From contig OZ253940.1 in the NCBI GenBank assembly GCA_965267215.1, forward strand, positions 2,478,097 through 2,542,096: a stretch of DNA of 64,000 bases, given 5' to 3'. How positions within the stretch are numbered: the stretch's first letter is position 1; every line of letters begins with the position of its first letter. Positions 37,751 to 46,115 of this stretch are shown in pieces. The notes under the pieces were generated by a model. That model saw nothing but the letters and a program-made list of their open reading frames with translations. It searched no databases and was not told the origin of the DNA. Origin of the DNA: Ekhidna sp. (GTDB taxonomy: Bacteria > Bacteroidota > Bacteroidia > Cytophagales > Cyclobacteriaceae). A program made the translations under genes and the position numbers.

Positions 37751-40411
37751 CTATTCGTACTTGAGTGTTTTTGCTGGGTCTAGCTTGGCTACTTTCAGTG
37801 TTTGATATCCAACGGTAACAAGGGAAAAGATCAAAACGATTAACAGAGATATTCCAAGCAAAACCCATGGAAAGCTGATACGATAAGCGTAATTATCAAG
37901 CCATCCATTCATAAGCAAATAGATCACTGGAAATCCGAACAATGAAGAGAGGCCGACCAAAGAGAAAAAGTCTTTGTAGAATAAAAATATAATTTGACTC
38001 TCAGATGCACCAAGTACTTTTCTCACACCAATCTCTTTAGATTTTTGGAATGACATGAATGAGGCAAGTCCGTATAATCCCAGGATTGCAATAAAAACGG
38101 CAAGGATTGCAAAAATCATGAAGGTGTCACCAAAACTTCTATCCTGTTCATAAAGTGCTGCGAATCGCTCATCAAGGAAAGAATAATTTAACGGAGCGTC
38201 GGCATAAAACTCCTCCCATGTAGATTTGATATGATCTAAACCAGCCTTGTAATTGCTGGAACTGAGTTCTATGACCAAATCATCAGCACTAAACCATGGA
38301 AAATAAAGACTAGGTTCTACTTTTTCCTTCAACGTAGTACGATTAAAATCCTTCACGACTCCAATCAGTGTATACTTGGTATTCGTTTCCTTCGTACCAA
38401 ATTGAATCTTTTTACCTATCACTGACTCAAAATCAGGCACATTAAGTCTTCTTAGAAAAGCCTCGTTTGCCATGACAGCAATCGTATCTGATTTCATTTC
38501 CTCGTTGAAATTTCTTCCGGCAACAAGCTCCATATCTACTGCATCGAGAAAACCCTCATCATTGTATTGAATATAGGTCGTGCCCTCAGTAGGCTCAGTA
38601 TCACCTACAAACCTTACTACTGTCGTTGTAGAATTAATATCGGCAACATCACCTCCTGGTAAGTTTGACGCTCCTCCCACCGATTCAATAGATGAATGAT
38701 TGGCAAGCGCTTTTTTAAATGCCTTAAGCTTATTAATGGCGGCTTGATTTTCTTCCTCTGTCTCCGCATCTGATTCAGGTACTGTGATATTGACCACCTG
38801 ATCGACGGAAATCCCAATATCCTTGCCTTGCATATAGCTTACTTGTCGATATATTGTGAACGTTGAAGCAATGAGTATAAGTGATGCAGCAAATTGAGTA
38901 ATGACCAATCCCTTTCTGAGAACGATTCCCTTTTTTGAATTTTGAAATTTTCCCTTTAAAACGCTGATTGGTTTGAAGTTTGAAAGTACAAGTGCGGGAT
39001 AAAAGCCAGAGGCAAAGGTTCCAATGAATACAAACAAGACAATAGATAACAAAAATGGCTGCTGATCCCAAACACGTTCCAGCACTTCTTTTCCAACCAG
39101 TTGATTGAAAAATGGTAATGTTAGTTCTGCTATACCAATTGCTATCAGTGCACTGATAAGATTAACAATAAAAGCCTCACATAAGAATTGAACGATCAAT
39201 TGCTTTCTCACAGCACCGATAACCTTTCTCAATCCAACTTCCTTTGCTCGCTCTACTGCTCGTGCAGTAGACAGATTGATGTAGTTGACCCATGCAATTA
39301 CCAAAATGAATATCGAAATGATAATTAGAAAGTTTACTGCTTTTTCACTGCCATGAATTTGCGGCTCATAGGTAAAATCAGATTTGAGATGAATATCCTG
39401 TATCGGGTGCACATCGACTCTTGTACCATTAATATCCCAGCTTTTACCATTATCAAGATTATTTATATGCTCATTTAATACTTCGTTTGCCTTGGTTTCC
39501 AATGAAGGCAAGTCTACGTTTCGATCTGATTTGATGTACACATAATAGTTATTCCAATCCCAATTATTATAGTCATGCCCTTCTGCCAGCGTCTTATCCG
39601 AAACAAGCATATCAAATGAATAATGTGTATTATCGGGTATATCTTGTAGAATACCTGTGACTTTGAGCGAAGCTTTGTATGGAGAAACCACCTCCAGGGT
39701 TTCCCCCATTGGCTCATTATCTCCAAAGTATGCTCGAGCTCTACTTTCGGTTAAAACAACTGATAGCGGTTCTGAGAGCATACTCTCAACATCTCCTTCC
39801 AGGACTGAATAGTTAAACATTTTTAAGAAGTGAGGATCCGCTGAAATCACCAACCGCTCCTTAAAAGATTTTTCTCCATTTTTAATTAATAGAAAATCAA
39901 ACTTTTTCGAGACTGTATGCTGTGCAATCTCAGGTAAAGATTCTTCAAGCAATTTTCCAACTGGGTAAGCTGCCATGGCATCTTTATCTGTATCCATCCC
40001 ATTATTCACCCTGACATACGAGACCCGATATATCTTATCAGAATCCGAGTGAAATGCATCATAGCTCTTTTCAAACTTGATGTATTCATACATCAACAAA
40101 AAACTAGCTAGTCCGATGGCTAACCCTACCACGTTGATAGCAGTGAACATCTTGTGCCTTGCAAGATTTCTAATGCTGACTTTAAAATAGTTCCTAAACA
40201 TACCTGTATCCTTTATTATTGAGTTTTTGAAAATTGGTCGCAAAAGTGCTGGCCTGAAAAGCATAATCACATCTGCTAAATATTTCAATTGGGCATTTTT
40301 TCCTTCTTCAATGTGATCCGAATAGAGCTCTTCAAGATCACCCTTTATGTCAGGATAGAAATCCGGATGGCAATACCATTTGAAAATTCGATCCGCTATT
40401 CCTTTGATCAT
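37751..40411 (-). CDS. MacB/FtsX-like ABC permease with N-terminal permease prefix domain (copy 1)
   Basis: Same architecture; NYINLSTARAVERAKEVGLRKVIGA; PAKTLKYE. Confidence 0.92.
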   Translation of the reverse strand: MIKGIADRIFKWYCHPDFYPDIKGDLEELYSDHIEEGKNAQLKYLADVIMLFRPALLRPIFKNSIIKDTGMFRNYFKVSIRNLARHKMFTAINVVGLAIGLASFLLMYEYIKFEKSYDAFHSDSDKIYRVSYVRVNNGMDTDKDAMAAYPVGKLLEESLPEIAQHTVSKKFDFLLIKNGEKSFKERLVISADPHFLKMFNYSVLEGDVESMLSEPLSVVLTESRARAYFGDNEPMGETLEVVSPYKASLKVTGILQDIPDNTHYSFDMLVSDKTLAEGHDYNNWDWNNYYVYIKSDRNVDLPSLETKANEVLNEHINNLDNGKSWDINGTRVDVHPIQDIHLKSDFTYEPQIHGSEKAVNFLIIISIFILVIAWVNYINLSTARAVERAKEVGLRKVIGAVRKQLIVQFLCEAFIVNLISALIAIGIAELTLPFFNQLVGKEVLERVWDQQPFLLSIVLFVFIGTFASGFYPALVLSNFKPISVLKGKFQNSKKGIVLRKGLVITQFAASLILIASTFTIYRQVSYMQGKDIGISVDQVVNITVPESDAETEEENQAAINKLKAFKKALANHSSIESVGGASNLPGGDVADINSTTTVVRFVGDTEPTEGTTYIQYNDEGFLDAVDMELVAGRNFNEEMKSDTIAVMANEAFLRRLNVPDFESVIGKKIQFGTKETNTKYTLIGVVKDFNRTTLKEKVEPSLYFPWFSADDLVIELSSSNYKAGLDHIKSTWEEFYADAPLNYSFLDERFAALYEQDRSFGDTFMIFAILAVFIAILGLYGLASFMSFQKSKEIGVRKVLGASESQIIFLFYKDFFSLVGLSSLFGFPVIYLLMNGWLDNYAYRISFPWVLLGISLLIVLIFSLVTVGYQTLKVAKLDPAKTLKYE

Positions 40412-40746
40412 GATATTTTCAAATCGAAAGCAACTTCAGGAATAGAATTCCAAAGCTGTGTTCTCACATCTTTGGAATACTCCAATGCTTCTTTTCCATA
40501 TGCAGTAATGGTGAAAAATCGTTTCGGCTTACCCCCTCGCTTGGCATTAGCTTCTCCTTCCCTACTTTTCAAATAACCTTTCTTTTCCATTCGTCTGAGC
40601 GCAGACTGGAGTGCGCCCACGCTAACTTTTCTTTTCAGTCGGTTTTGAATTTCTTCTTTAACTGCTACTCCATAAGCTTCATCGTACAATACTCCTACAG
40701 TAAGCAGTACGATTTCTTCAAATTCACCCAGTTGATATTTTTTCAT
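40408..40746 (-). CDS. PadR-family transcriptional regulator
   Basis: LGEFEEIVLL, AYGVAV, GALQSALRRMEKKGY, RGGKPKRFFTIT. Confidence 0.93.
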   Translation of the reverse strand: MKKYQLGEFEEIVLLTVGVLYDEAYGVAVKEEIQNRLKRKVSVGALQSALRRMEKKGYLKSREGEANAKRGGKPKRFFTITAYGKEALEYSKDVRTQLWNSIPEVAFDLKIS

Positions 40747-40773
40747 GCAAATGACTCGTTTTATAAGACAATG

Positions 40774-40839
40774 TCCTAATTGTAGTATTGACGTATCAAA
40801 ACTAATAAGGTTTCACCAATATCCTAATTGTAGTATTGA
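40774..40839. promoter_or_regulatory. Two identical 18-bp sites (TCCTAATTGTAGTATTGA) flanking a -7 box; candidate PadR operators
   Basis: Exact repeats at 40774-40791 and 40822-40839; minus-strand TAGTTTTG at 40797-40804 lies between them. Confidence 0.75.
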
Positions 40840-40860
40840 TTATTAAAACACAGGAGTGTT

Positions 40861-41775
40861 TTATCGCCGATTGTCTTCACCCCGGAGGATAGATAAATAG
40901 CTCTCATAACGCAATTCGGAGATTTCTTTTCCTACGGCAGCCTTCACTTTGCACCCAGGTTCATTTTCATGAAGGCAATTATGGAACCTACATTGACCAA
41001 GAAAATTTCTCATTTCAGGGAAATAGTGAAAAAGCTCTTCATCCTGAATTTCAGAGAGTCCCAACTCCTTTATTCCTGGGGTATCTATGATTGCAGATTT
41101 GTTATCAATAAAGAAAAGCTCTGCAAAAGTTGTAGTATGAACTCCCTTGTTGGCAAAACTTGAAACTTCTCCTACTTCTTGTTGTGCTTCAGGGATAAGT
41201 TTGTTTATAAGTGTTGATTTGCCTGATCCGCTATGACCACAAAGCAAGCTTATCTTATTTTCTAGTAATGATTTAACGCCTGTTTCAAGTTCTTTTTCAA
41301 ATTGGCACAATCGTACTTCATGGCCTATAGTCGTATAAATAGATTTCAGTTCTTCATACTTTTCGAGATCTTTTTCTTGATATAAATCTTGTTTATTGAA
41401 TAATATGATCCCAGGTATTCTGAAACTTTCCAATGTGATAAGAAACCGGTCAATGAAACCTGCTGAAGTTCTAGGTGATTTTAGTGTCACTATCAATACA
41501 CCTTGATCTATGTTACTCGCTATTAAATGGTCATGATTTTTTTTCCGGGGACTTGCACGAATTACATAGTTCCTTCTCTCGTAGATATTAGATATCACCC
41601 ATTCTCCATTAACTTGTTTATTGGGCACTATCTCAACCCAATCTCCAACTGCGATAGGATTAGTCAGCTTTTTATTATCAAGCTTAAATTTTCCTCTTAG
41701 CCGTGCGATGACTCTCTTCCCTTCCACTTGGAGTTCATACCACAAGCCGGTTGATTTAGTGACTAGTGCTTTCAT
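40861..41775 (-). CDS. rsgA: Ribosome small subunit-dependent GTPase A
   Basis: NKQD, GHSGSGKST, GVHTTT, DTPGIKE, CRFHNCLHENEPGC zinc finger. Confidence 0.96.
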   Translation of the reverse strand: MKALVTKSTGLWYELQVEGKRVIARLRGKFKLDNKKLTNPIAVGDWVEIVPNKQVNGEWVISNIYERRNYVIRASPRKKNHDHLIASNIDQGVLIVTLKSPRTSAGFIDRFLITLESFRIPGIILFNKQDLYQEKDLEKYEELKSIYTTIGHEVRLCQFEKELETGVKSLLENKISLLCGHSGSGKSTLINKLIPEAQQEVGEVSSFANKGVHTTTFAELFFIDNKSAIIDTPGIKELGLSEIQDEELFHYFPEMRNFLGQCRFHNCLHENEPGCKVKAAVGKEISELRYESYLSILRGEDNRR

Positions 41776-41810
41776 TTTGCTACAATAGTAACCAAAGAGC
41801 CTCTTGAAAT

Positions 41811-41846
41811 AAAAAAGGCCATCTACCTGTTGGTAGATGGCCTTTT
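41811..41846 (-). terminator. Intrinsic terminator after ahpC
   Basis: Perfect 15-bp stem 41813-41827/41832-41846 with a 4-nt loop; six-T tract on the minus strand. Confidence 0.88.
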
Positions 41847-41863
41847 CAGATTTGCGCGTATTC

Positions 41864-42493
41864 TTAATTATTTGAAAGGTATTCCGCTACTCCTTCTCTT
41901 GTTGCATTCATAGCTTCTTTACCTTCTTCCCAGTTTGCAGGGCAAACTTCACCGTGTTTTTCGACGTGATGCCACGCATCTACAATTCTAAGCATCTCGT
42001 CAATATTTCGCCCTAGCGGAAGGTCATTGATGGTTTCGTGTCTAACAACTCCTTCTTTATCGATAAAGAAAGTACCTCTGAATGCAACGGGAGCTCCTTC
42101 AAACTCAAGGTTTCCTTCTTCATCATAAGACCAATCCCCGGCTAAAACCCCGAAATTTGAAGCGACAGTTTTAGATGGATCGGCAACCAAAGGATACATT
42201 ACACCTGCAATTCCACCTTTATCTTTATCTGTCATTAACCATGCTAAATGAGTTTCTTCAGTATCGCAAGATGCTCCAACAATAGCAACACCTCTCTTTT
42301 CGAATTCATCAAGCTTTTCCTGGAATGCATGGATTTCCGTTGGGCATACAAAAGTGAAATCTTTTGGATAAAAGAAGAAGATCACTTCCTTCTTACCAAT
42401 GTACTGATCAAGTGAAAAGTTTTCTACGATTTCTTCTCCATTGATTACTGCTGGTGCATTTACAATAGGTGCTTTTTTTCCTACTAATGACAT
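41864..42493 (-). CDS. ahpC: 2-Cys peroxiredoxin (AhpC/TSA)
   Basis: YPKDFTFVCPTE, GRNIDEMLR, GEVCPANW. Confidence 0.95.
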   Translation of the reverse strand: MSLVGKKAPIVNAPAVINGEEIVENFSLDQYIGKKEVIFFFYPKDFTFVCPTEIHAFQEKLDEFEKRGVAIVGASCDTEETHLAWLMTDKDKGGIAGVMYPLVADPSKTVASNFGVLAGDWSYDEEGNLEFEGAPVAFRGTFFIDKEGVVRHETINDLPLGRNIDEMLRIVDAWHHVEKHGEVCPANWEEGKEAMNATREGVAEYLSNN

Positions 42494-42517
42494 TTTTTAC
42501 GTTTTTTGTTTTAAGTG

Positions 42518-42961
42518 TTATATAATAGTTACATCGTCTTCAAGATCAATTCGTTTGCCAATGACCTGAAGCTTTATTTCATTTACTTGGAAATTTTTTA
42601 TCTTTTTCTTCCGAAAGAAGTCATTGATCAAACCATAGAGTTCTTCGTCATAAAAATCCTGAATCTTGTCCGATTCCAGGCAGTAAATATGTCCATGAGG
42701 ACTCATATTCGCGTCATACCTTTTTGAACCTGATCTCACGGAGACTCTTCGTATCAGTCCTGCGTCCACTAAGACATCCAAGACTCTGTACACACTTCCC
42801 AGCGAGATAGATGGGTTTTCCATTCTAATATTCTCGTGGATAAGCTCTGCTGTTGGATGGTTATCGGAAATCATGAGTTCTTTGAGAATAACTATTCTGG
42901 GATGTGTAGCCTTTAGACCGACTTCATCTAATCTATTTTTGACCTGATTTATTATTTCCAT
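42518..42961 (-). CDS. Fur-family regulator, probably PerR
   Basis: HPTAELIH, ISLGSVYRVL, RYDANMSPHGHIYC; sits directly upstream of ahpC. Confidence 0.88.
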   Translation of the reverse strand: MEIINQVKNRLDEVGLKATHPRIVILKELMISDNHPTAELIHENIRMENPSISLGSVYRVLDVLVDAGLIRRVSVRSGSKRYDANMSPHGHIYCLESDKIQDFYDEELYGLINDFFRKKKIKNFQVNEIKLQVIGKRIDLEDDVTII

Positions 42962-42989
42962 TTAGGAATTATTCTCAAATGCAAAAATA
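42962..42989 (-). promoter_or_regulatory. -7 promoter box plus Fur/PerR-like palindrome at the regulator start
   Basis: Minus-strand TATTTTTG (42982-42989) followed by TTGAGAAT-A-ATTCCTAA (42962-42978, arms match 6/8). Confidence 0.6.
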
Positions 42990-43126
42990 TTTCATCAAAT
43001 GAAATTAGCCAAGAATTTCGACCAATACTTCAAAATACCGGGATATACTGATCGCGAAAGTGGGAAAATCTTGGTTAATTGCAGTGTAAATTAGTATTAC
43101 CTTATCACGAATCAGTTTCTAAAACA

Positions 43127-44197
43127 ATGATTATGAAAAACTTTACTACCAAGATTTTAATGCTTTCAGTGATTGCTCTGTTTGCAATCACCCATTCAGC
43201 CAAGTCACAAGATTTTGGCGCCATATTCCAAGGAGGTACAGAAGATGCCAACTTATACTTACAGAAGTATACAGAGCCCATCATGTTCTCTTTTAATAAC
43301 GGACTTGGCGGTGGATGGTATAACACAGCTAAACCCCATAAATTGCTGGGTTTCGATCTTACAATGTCCTTAAATGTTGCAAACATTCCCAATGATGACA
43401 AAAGGTTTAATTTTAATAATGTTTCCTGGAATGACTTGGAGCTATTAAGTGGAGACCCCAGCCTACCTACTGCTGTTGGAGGGCCAACTTCTTCGAGATT
43501 GAGAATTCCAGCTGGCACTCAAGTGATTGATCCAGCGACTGGTAATTCAATTACCTATCAGGAAAATCAAGATTTTGATGCTCCAGAAGGATTCGATACA
43601 GAGGATTTCCCCATTACAGGGTTCCCTGTTCCCACTGTACAGCTTGGAATTGGATTACCAAAGAATACAGATTTAAAACTTAGGTATGCCAGCGATTTTG
43701 GTGCTATCGATGATGGAAGTTTCAACTTGATTGGAATTGGTGTGATGCACGATTTAAAGCAATGGATCCCTGGTTTAAAACAAGTACCGTTTGATTTCTC
43801 TGGATTCATTGGCTGGACCAGACTTAGCGCAGAATTCGACATCAATGAAGGAACTCCAGGTGGTGATTTCGAAGCAGATGGTGTGGCTAAACTTACTGCT
43901 TCTTCTACAACCATTCAAGGGGTCGTTTCCAAGCAAATTGCGATTTTAACTCCCTATGTTGGAGTTGGATATAATATAGCAGGAAGTTCTTTTGATATCG
44001 AGGGGGATTTCACCTATCGGGACGATACTGGAGAAATCACAGTAACTAATCCGGTTGCTCTTAACTTCAAGGGTGGAAGTTCACCACGAATTAATGCAGG
44101 ACTAAGAATTAAACTTCTCATTTTGACAATACATGCTGAATATACCATTCAGAAGTATAACACATTTACTTTAGGAGTTGGATTAAGCATTAGATAA
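43127..44197 (+). CDS. DUF6588-family outer-membrane beta-barrel-like protein
   Basis: Signal peptide; GGWYNTAKPHKLLGFD; QLGIGLPKNTDLKLRY; C-terminal GVGLSIR. Confidence 0.75.
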   Translation: MIMKNFTTKILMLSVIALFAITHSAKSQDFGAIFQGGTEDANLYLQKYTEPIMFSFNNGLGGGWYNTAKPHKLLGFDLTMSLNVANIPNDDKRFNFNNVSWNDLELLSGDPSLPTAVGGPTSSRLRIPAGTQVIDPATGNSITYQENQDFDAPEGFDTEDFPITGFPVPTVQLGIGLPKNTDLKLRYASDFGAIDDGSFNLIGIGVMHDLKQWIPGLKQVPFDFSGFIGWTRLSAEFDINEGTPGGDFEADGVAKLTASSTTIQGVVSKQIAILTPYVGVGYNIAGSSFDIEGDFTYRDDTGEITVTNPVALNFKGGSSPRINAGLRIKLLILTIHAEYTIQKYNTFTLGVGLSIR

Positions 44198-44220
44198 GAA
44201 AAAAAAAGTGTATAAACAAA

Positions 44221-44254
44221 GAAAAGTCCCGTCAAAAACGGGACTTTCTTTTTT
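44221..44254 (+). terminator. Intrinsic terminator (may act in both directions)
   Basis: AAAGTCCCGT-CAAAA-ACGGGACTTT followed by CTTTTTT. Confidence 0.85.
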
Positions 44255-44335
44255 ACTTGTCAAACAGGTGTATGAATAAATTTGTGTTATGCATTAGATA
44301 TATACTATCCAACATAAAAAGGTAACCACCCAATT

Positions 44336-44806
44336 ATGATAAAAGTTTTATTTGTTTGTTTAGGTAACATTTGCAGGTCTCCTCTTGCTGAAGCTATTTT
44401 TAATCAAAAGCTTAATAATCAAGAACTTACAGTCAAAATAACTACCAACTCAGCCGGTACAGCAAATTATCACGTTGGAGAAAAACCTGATCCCAGAACA
44501 TTAGAAATAGCTGAGAAACACAATATTCCAGTAAATCATAGGGGCCAACAATTCAAAAAGCATCATGCAAATGAATTTGACTATCTGCTAGCTATGGATC
44601 ATTCCAACTTGAGGAATATGGCAATAGAAATTGGTGCAGAGTCTGAGAAGCTTTTATTGATGCGAGATTTTGATCCGCAAGGAAAAGGAAAGGATGTTCC
44701 TGACCCTTATTACGGAGGAATTGATGGTTTTGAAAATATGTATCAAATCCTGGATAGATCTTTAGATGAATTTCTAGAATTTCTCAAGGAGAAACACGAT
44801 TTATGA
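44336..44806 (+). CDS. Low-molecular-weight protein tyrosine phosphatase
   Basis: CLGNICRSP P-loop and DVPDPYY; -7 box TAAATTTG at 44277-44284. Confidence 0.95.
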   Translation: MIKVLFVCLGNICRSPLAEAIFNQKLNNQELTVKITTNSAGTANYHVGEKPDPRTLEIAEKHNIPVNHRGQQFKKHHANEFDYLLAMDHSNLRNMAIEIGAESEKLLLMRDFDPQGKGKDVPDPYYGGIDGFENMYQILDRSLDEFLEFLKEKHDL

Positions 44807-45666
44807 ATGAGTTCTTTCAAAAAGTCATCTCAAAACAATTTGGAGAATCTACGCAACTTATTTCTTCCAGTCCTGTATCGGGAGGATGTATAAACAACAC
44901 GTACAGACTGCAAACATCAAAGGCTGATGTTTTCCTAAAATGGAATACTGACCAATATCAACATATGTTTGAATGTGAGGCTAAAGGACTAGAGACGCTC
45001 GCCTCCAATTCTATATTAGATACTCCAGAAGTATTCAATCACGGTATAGAAGGTAAAAAGTCATTTCTTTTGCTTGCTTGGCTAGAAAAAGGACCTCCCT
45101 GCTCAGCATTTTGGGAAAGCTTTGGTTCTGGCTTGGCCAGACTTCACAAAGTATCATCTGATACCTTTGGCTTTGATGAGGATAACTATATAGGCAAACT
45201 GCCTCAACGAAATAAAAATCATGACTCATGGCATGACTTTTTTCGGGAAGAGAGGCTAAAACCTCAAATCAGCTTTGCTAAATCTCGAAATCTCCTTGAT
45301 TCTTCGGTTGAAAGAAAGTTTGAAATACTTTATGATCAACTCGAAAACCTTATCCCGAAAGAAGCTCCCTCGCTGATACACGGTGATTTGTGGAGCGGGA
45401 ATTTCATTATCAATTCATCTGGATCAGTCGCAATCTTTGACCCGGCTGTTTATTACGGTCATAGAGAAACAGAAATTGCCTTCACGCATCTTTTTGGAGG
45501 TTTTTCGAGCAATTTCTATTCTTTCTACAATGAAGAATTCCCATTAGAGTCAGGATTTGAAGACAGAGTTGATATCCATAATCTCTACCCCCTTTTAGTC
45601 CATGTTAATCTTTTTGGAACTTCTTATCTATCTGGAATTCTCCAAACTTTGCGTCGATTTACATGA
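44803..45666 (+). CDS. Fructosamine/ribulosamine 3-kinase family protein
   Basis: GGCIN, FLKWN, LIHGDLWSGN, DPAVYYGHRETEIA, LYPLLVHVNLFG. Confidence 0.93.
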   Translation: MNEFFQKVISKQFGESTQLISSSPVSGGCINNTYRLQTSKADVFLKWNTDQYQHMFECEAKGLETLASNSILDTPEVFNHGIEGKKSFLLLAWLEKGPPCSAFWESFGSGLARLHKVSSDTFGFDEDNYIGKLPQRNKNHDSWHDFFREERLKPQISFAKSRNLLDSSVERKFEILYDQLENLIPKEAPSLIHGDLWSGNFIINSSGSVAIFDPAVYYGHRETEIAFTHLFGGFSSNFYSFYNEEFPLESGFEDRVDIHNLYPLLVHVNLFGTSYLSGILQTLRRFT

Positions 45667-45667
45667 G

Positions 45668-46115
45668 CTAAATCCTTTTTTCCAATAATGGAAGAAATCT
45701 TCCGGGAGGATAGCTTTCAATTTTATCAACCGTCTTGAACCCGCATTTATTATAGAAACTCTCCGCATTTGGGTCGACCTCTACTCTTATTAATCTATTT
45801 TCCGGAACATACATTTCTATTGCTTTATTAAGCAACAACTTGCCATACCCTTTACCAATATAATCGGGCAATAGCCATAGATGCAGAATTTCAAAAACGG
45901 CATTATCTCGTGATACTGAGCAAAATCCAAAACTTGTTCACATATCTCAACGATTAAGATCTTCTGATTTTTGAAATCATCTCCCTTTATGTGAAGATCA
46001 GCCAGCCAGTTTTTAAATCCATTCATCAGGATATCCCCAATGCTTTTTAGATCGCACACTTATATCATTTAGTCTGGCTAAATCTTCAATCTCCCCTTCT
46101 CTGAAAGAGCATCAT
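45668..46115 (-). pseudogene. GNAT acetyltransferase interrupted by three single-base indels
   Basis: Reconstruction MMLFREGEIEDLARLNDISVRSKKHWGYPDEWIKNWL...VLGFCSV...HLWLLPDYIGKGYGK..NAESFYNKCGF needs indels at 46104-6, 46015-7 and 45927-8; repaired length is 447 nt. Confidence 0.8.

Noticed and set aside
44208-44280. GTGTATAAACAAA / GTGTATGAATAAA repeat flanking the terminator, and an A9 run at 44199-44207
   Set aside because: Compatible with chance in AT-rich intergenic DNA; no candidate regulator nearby.
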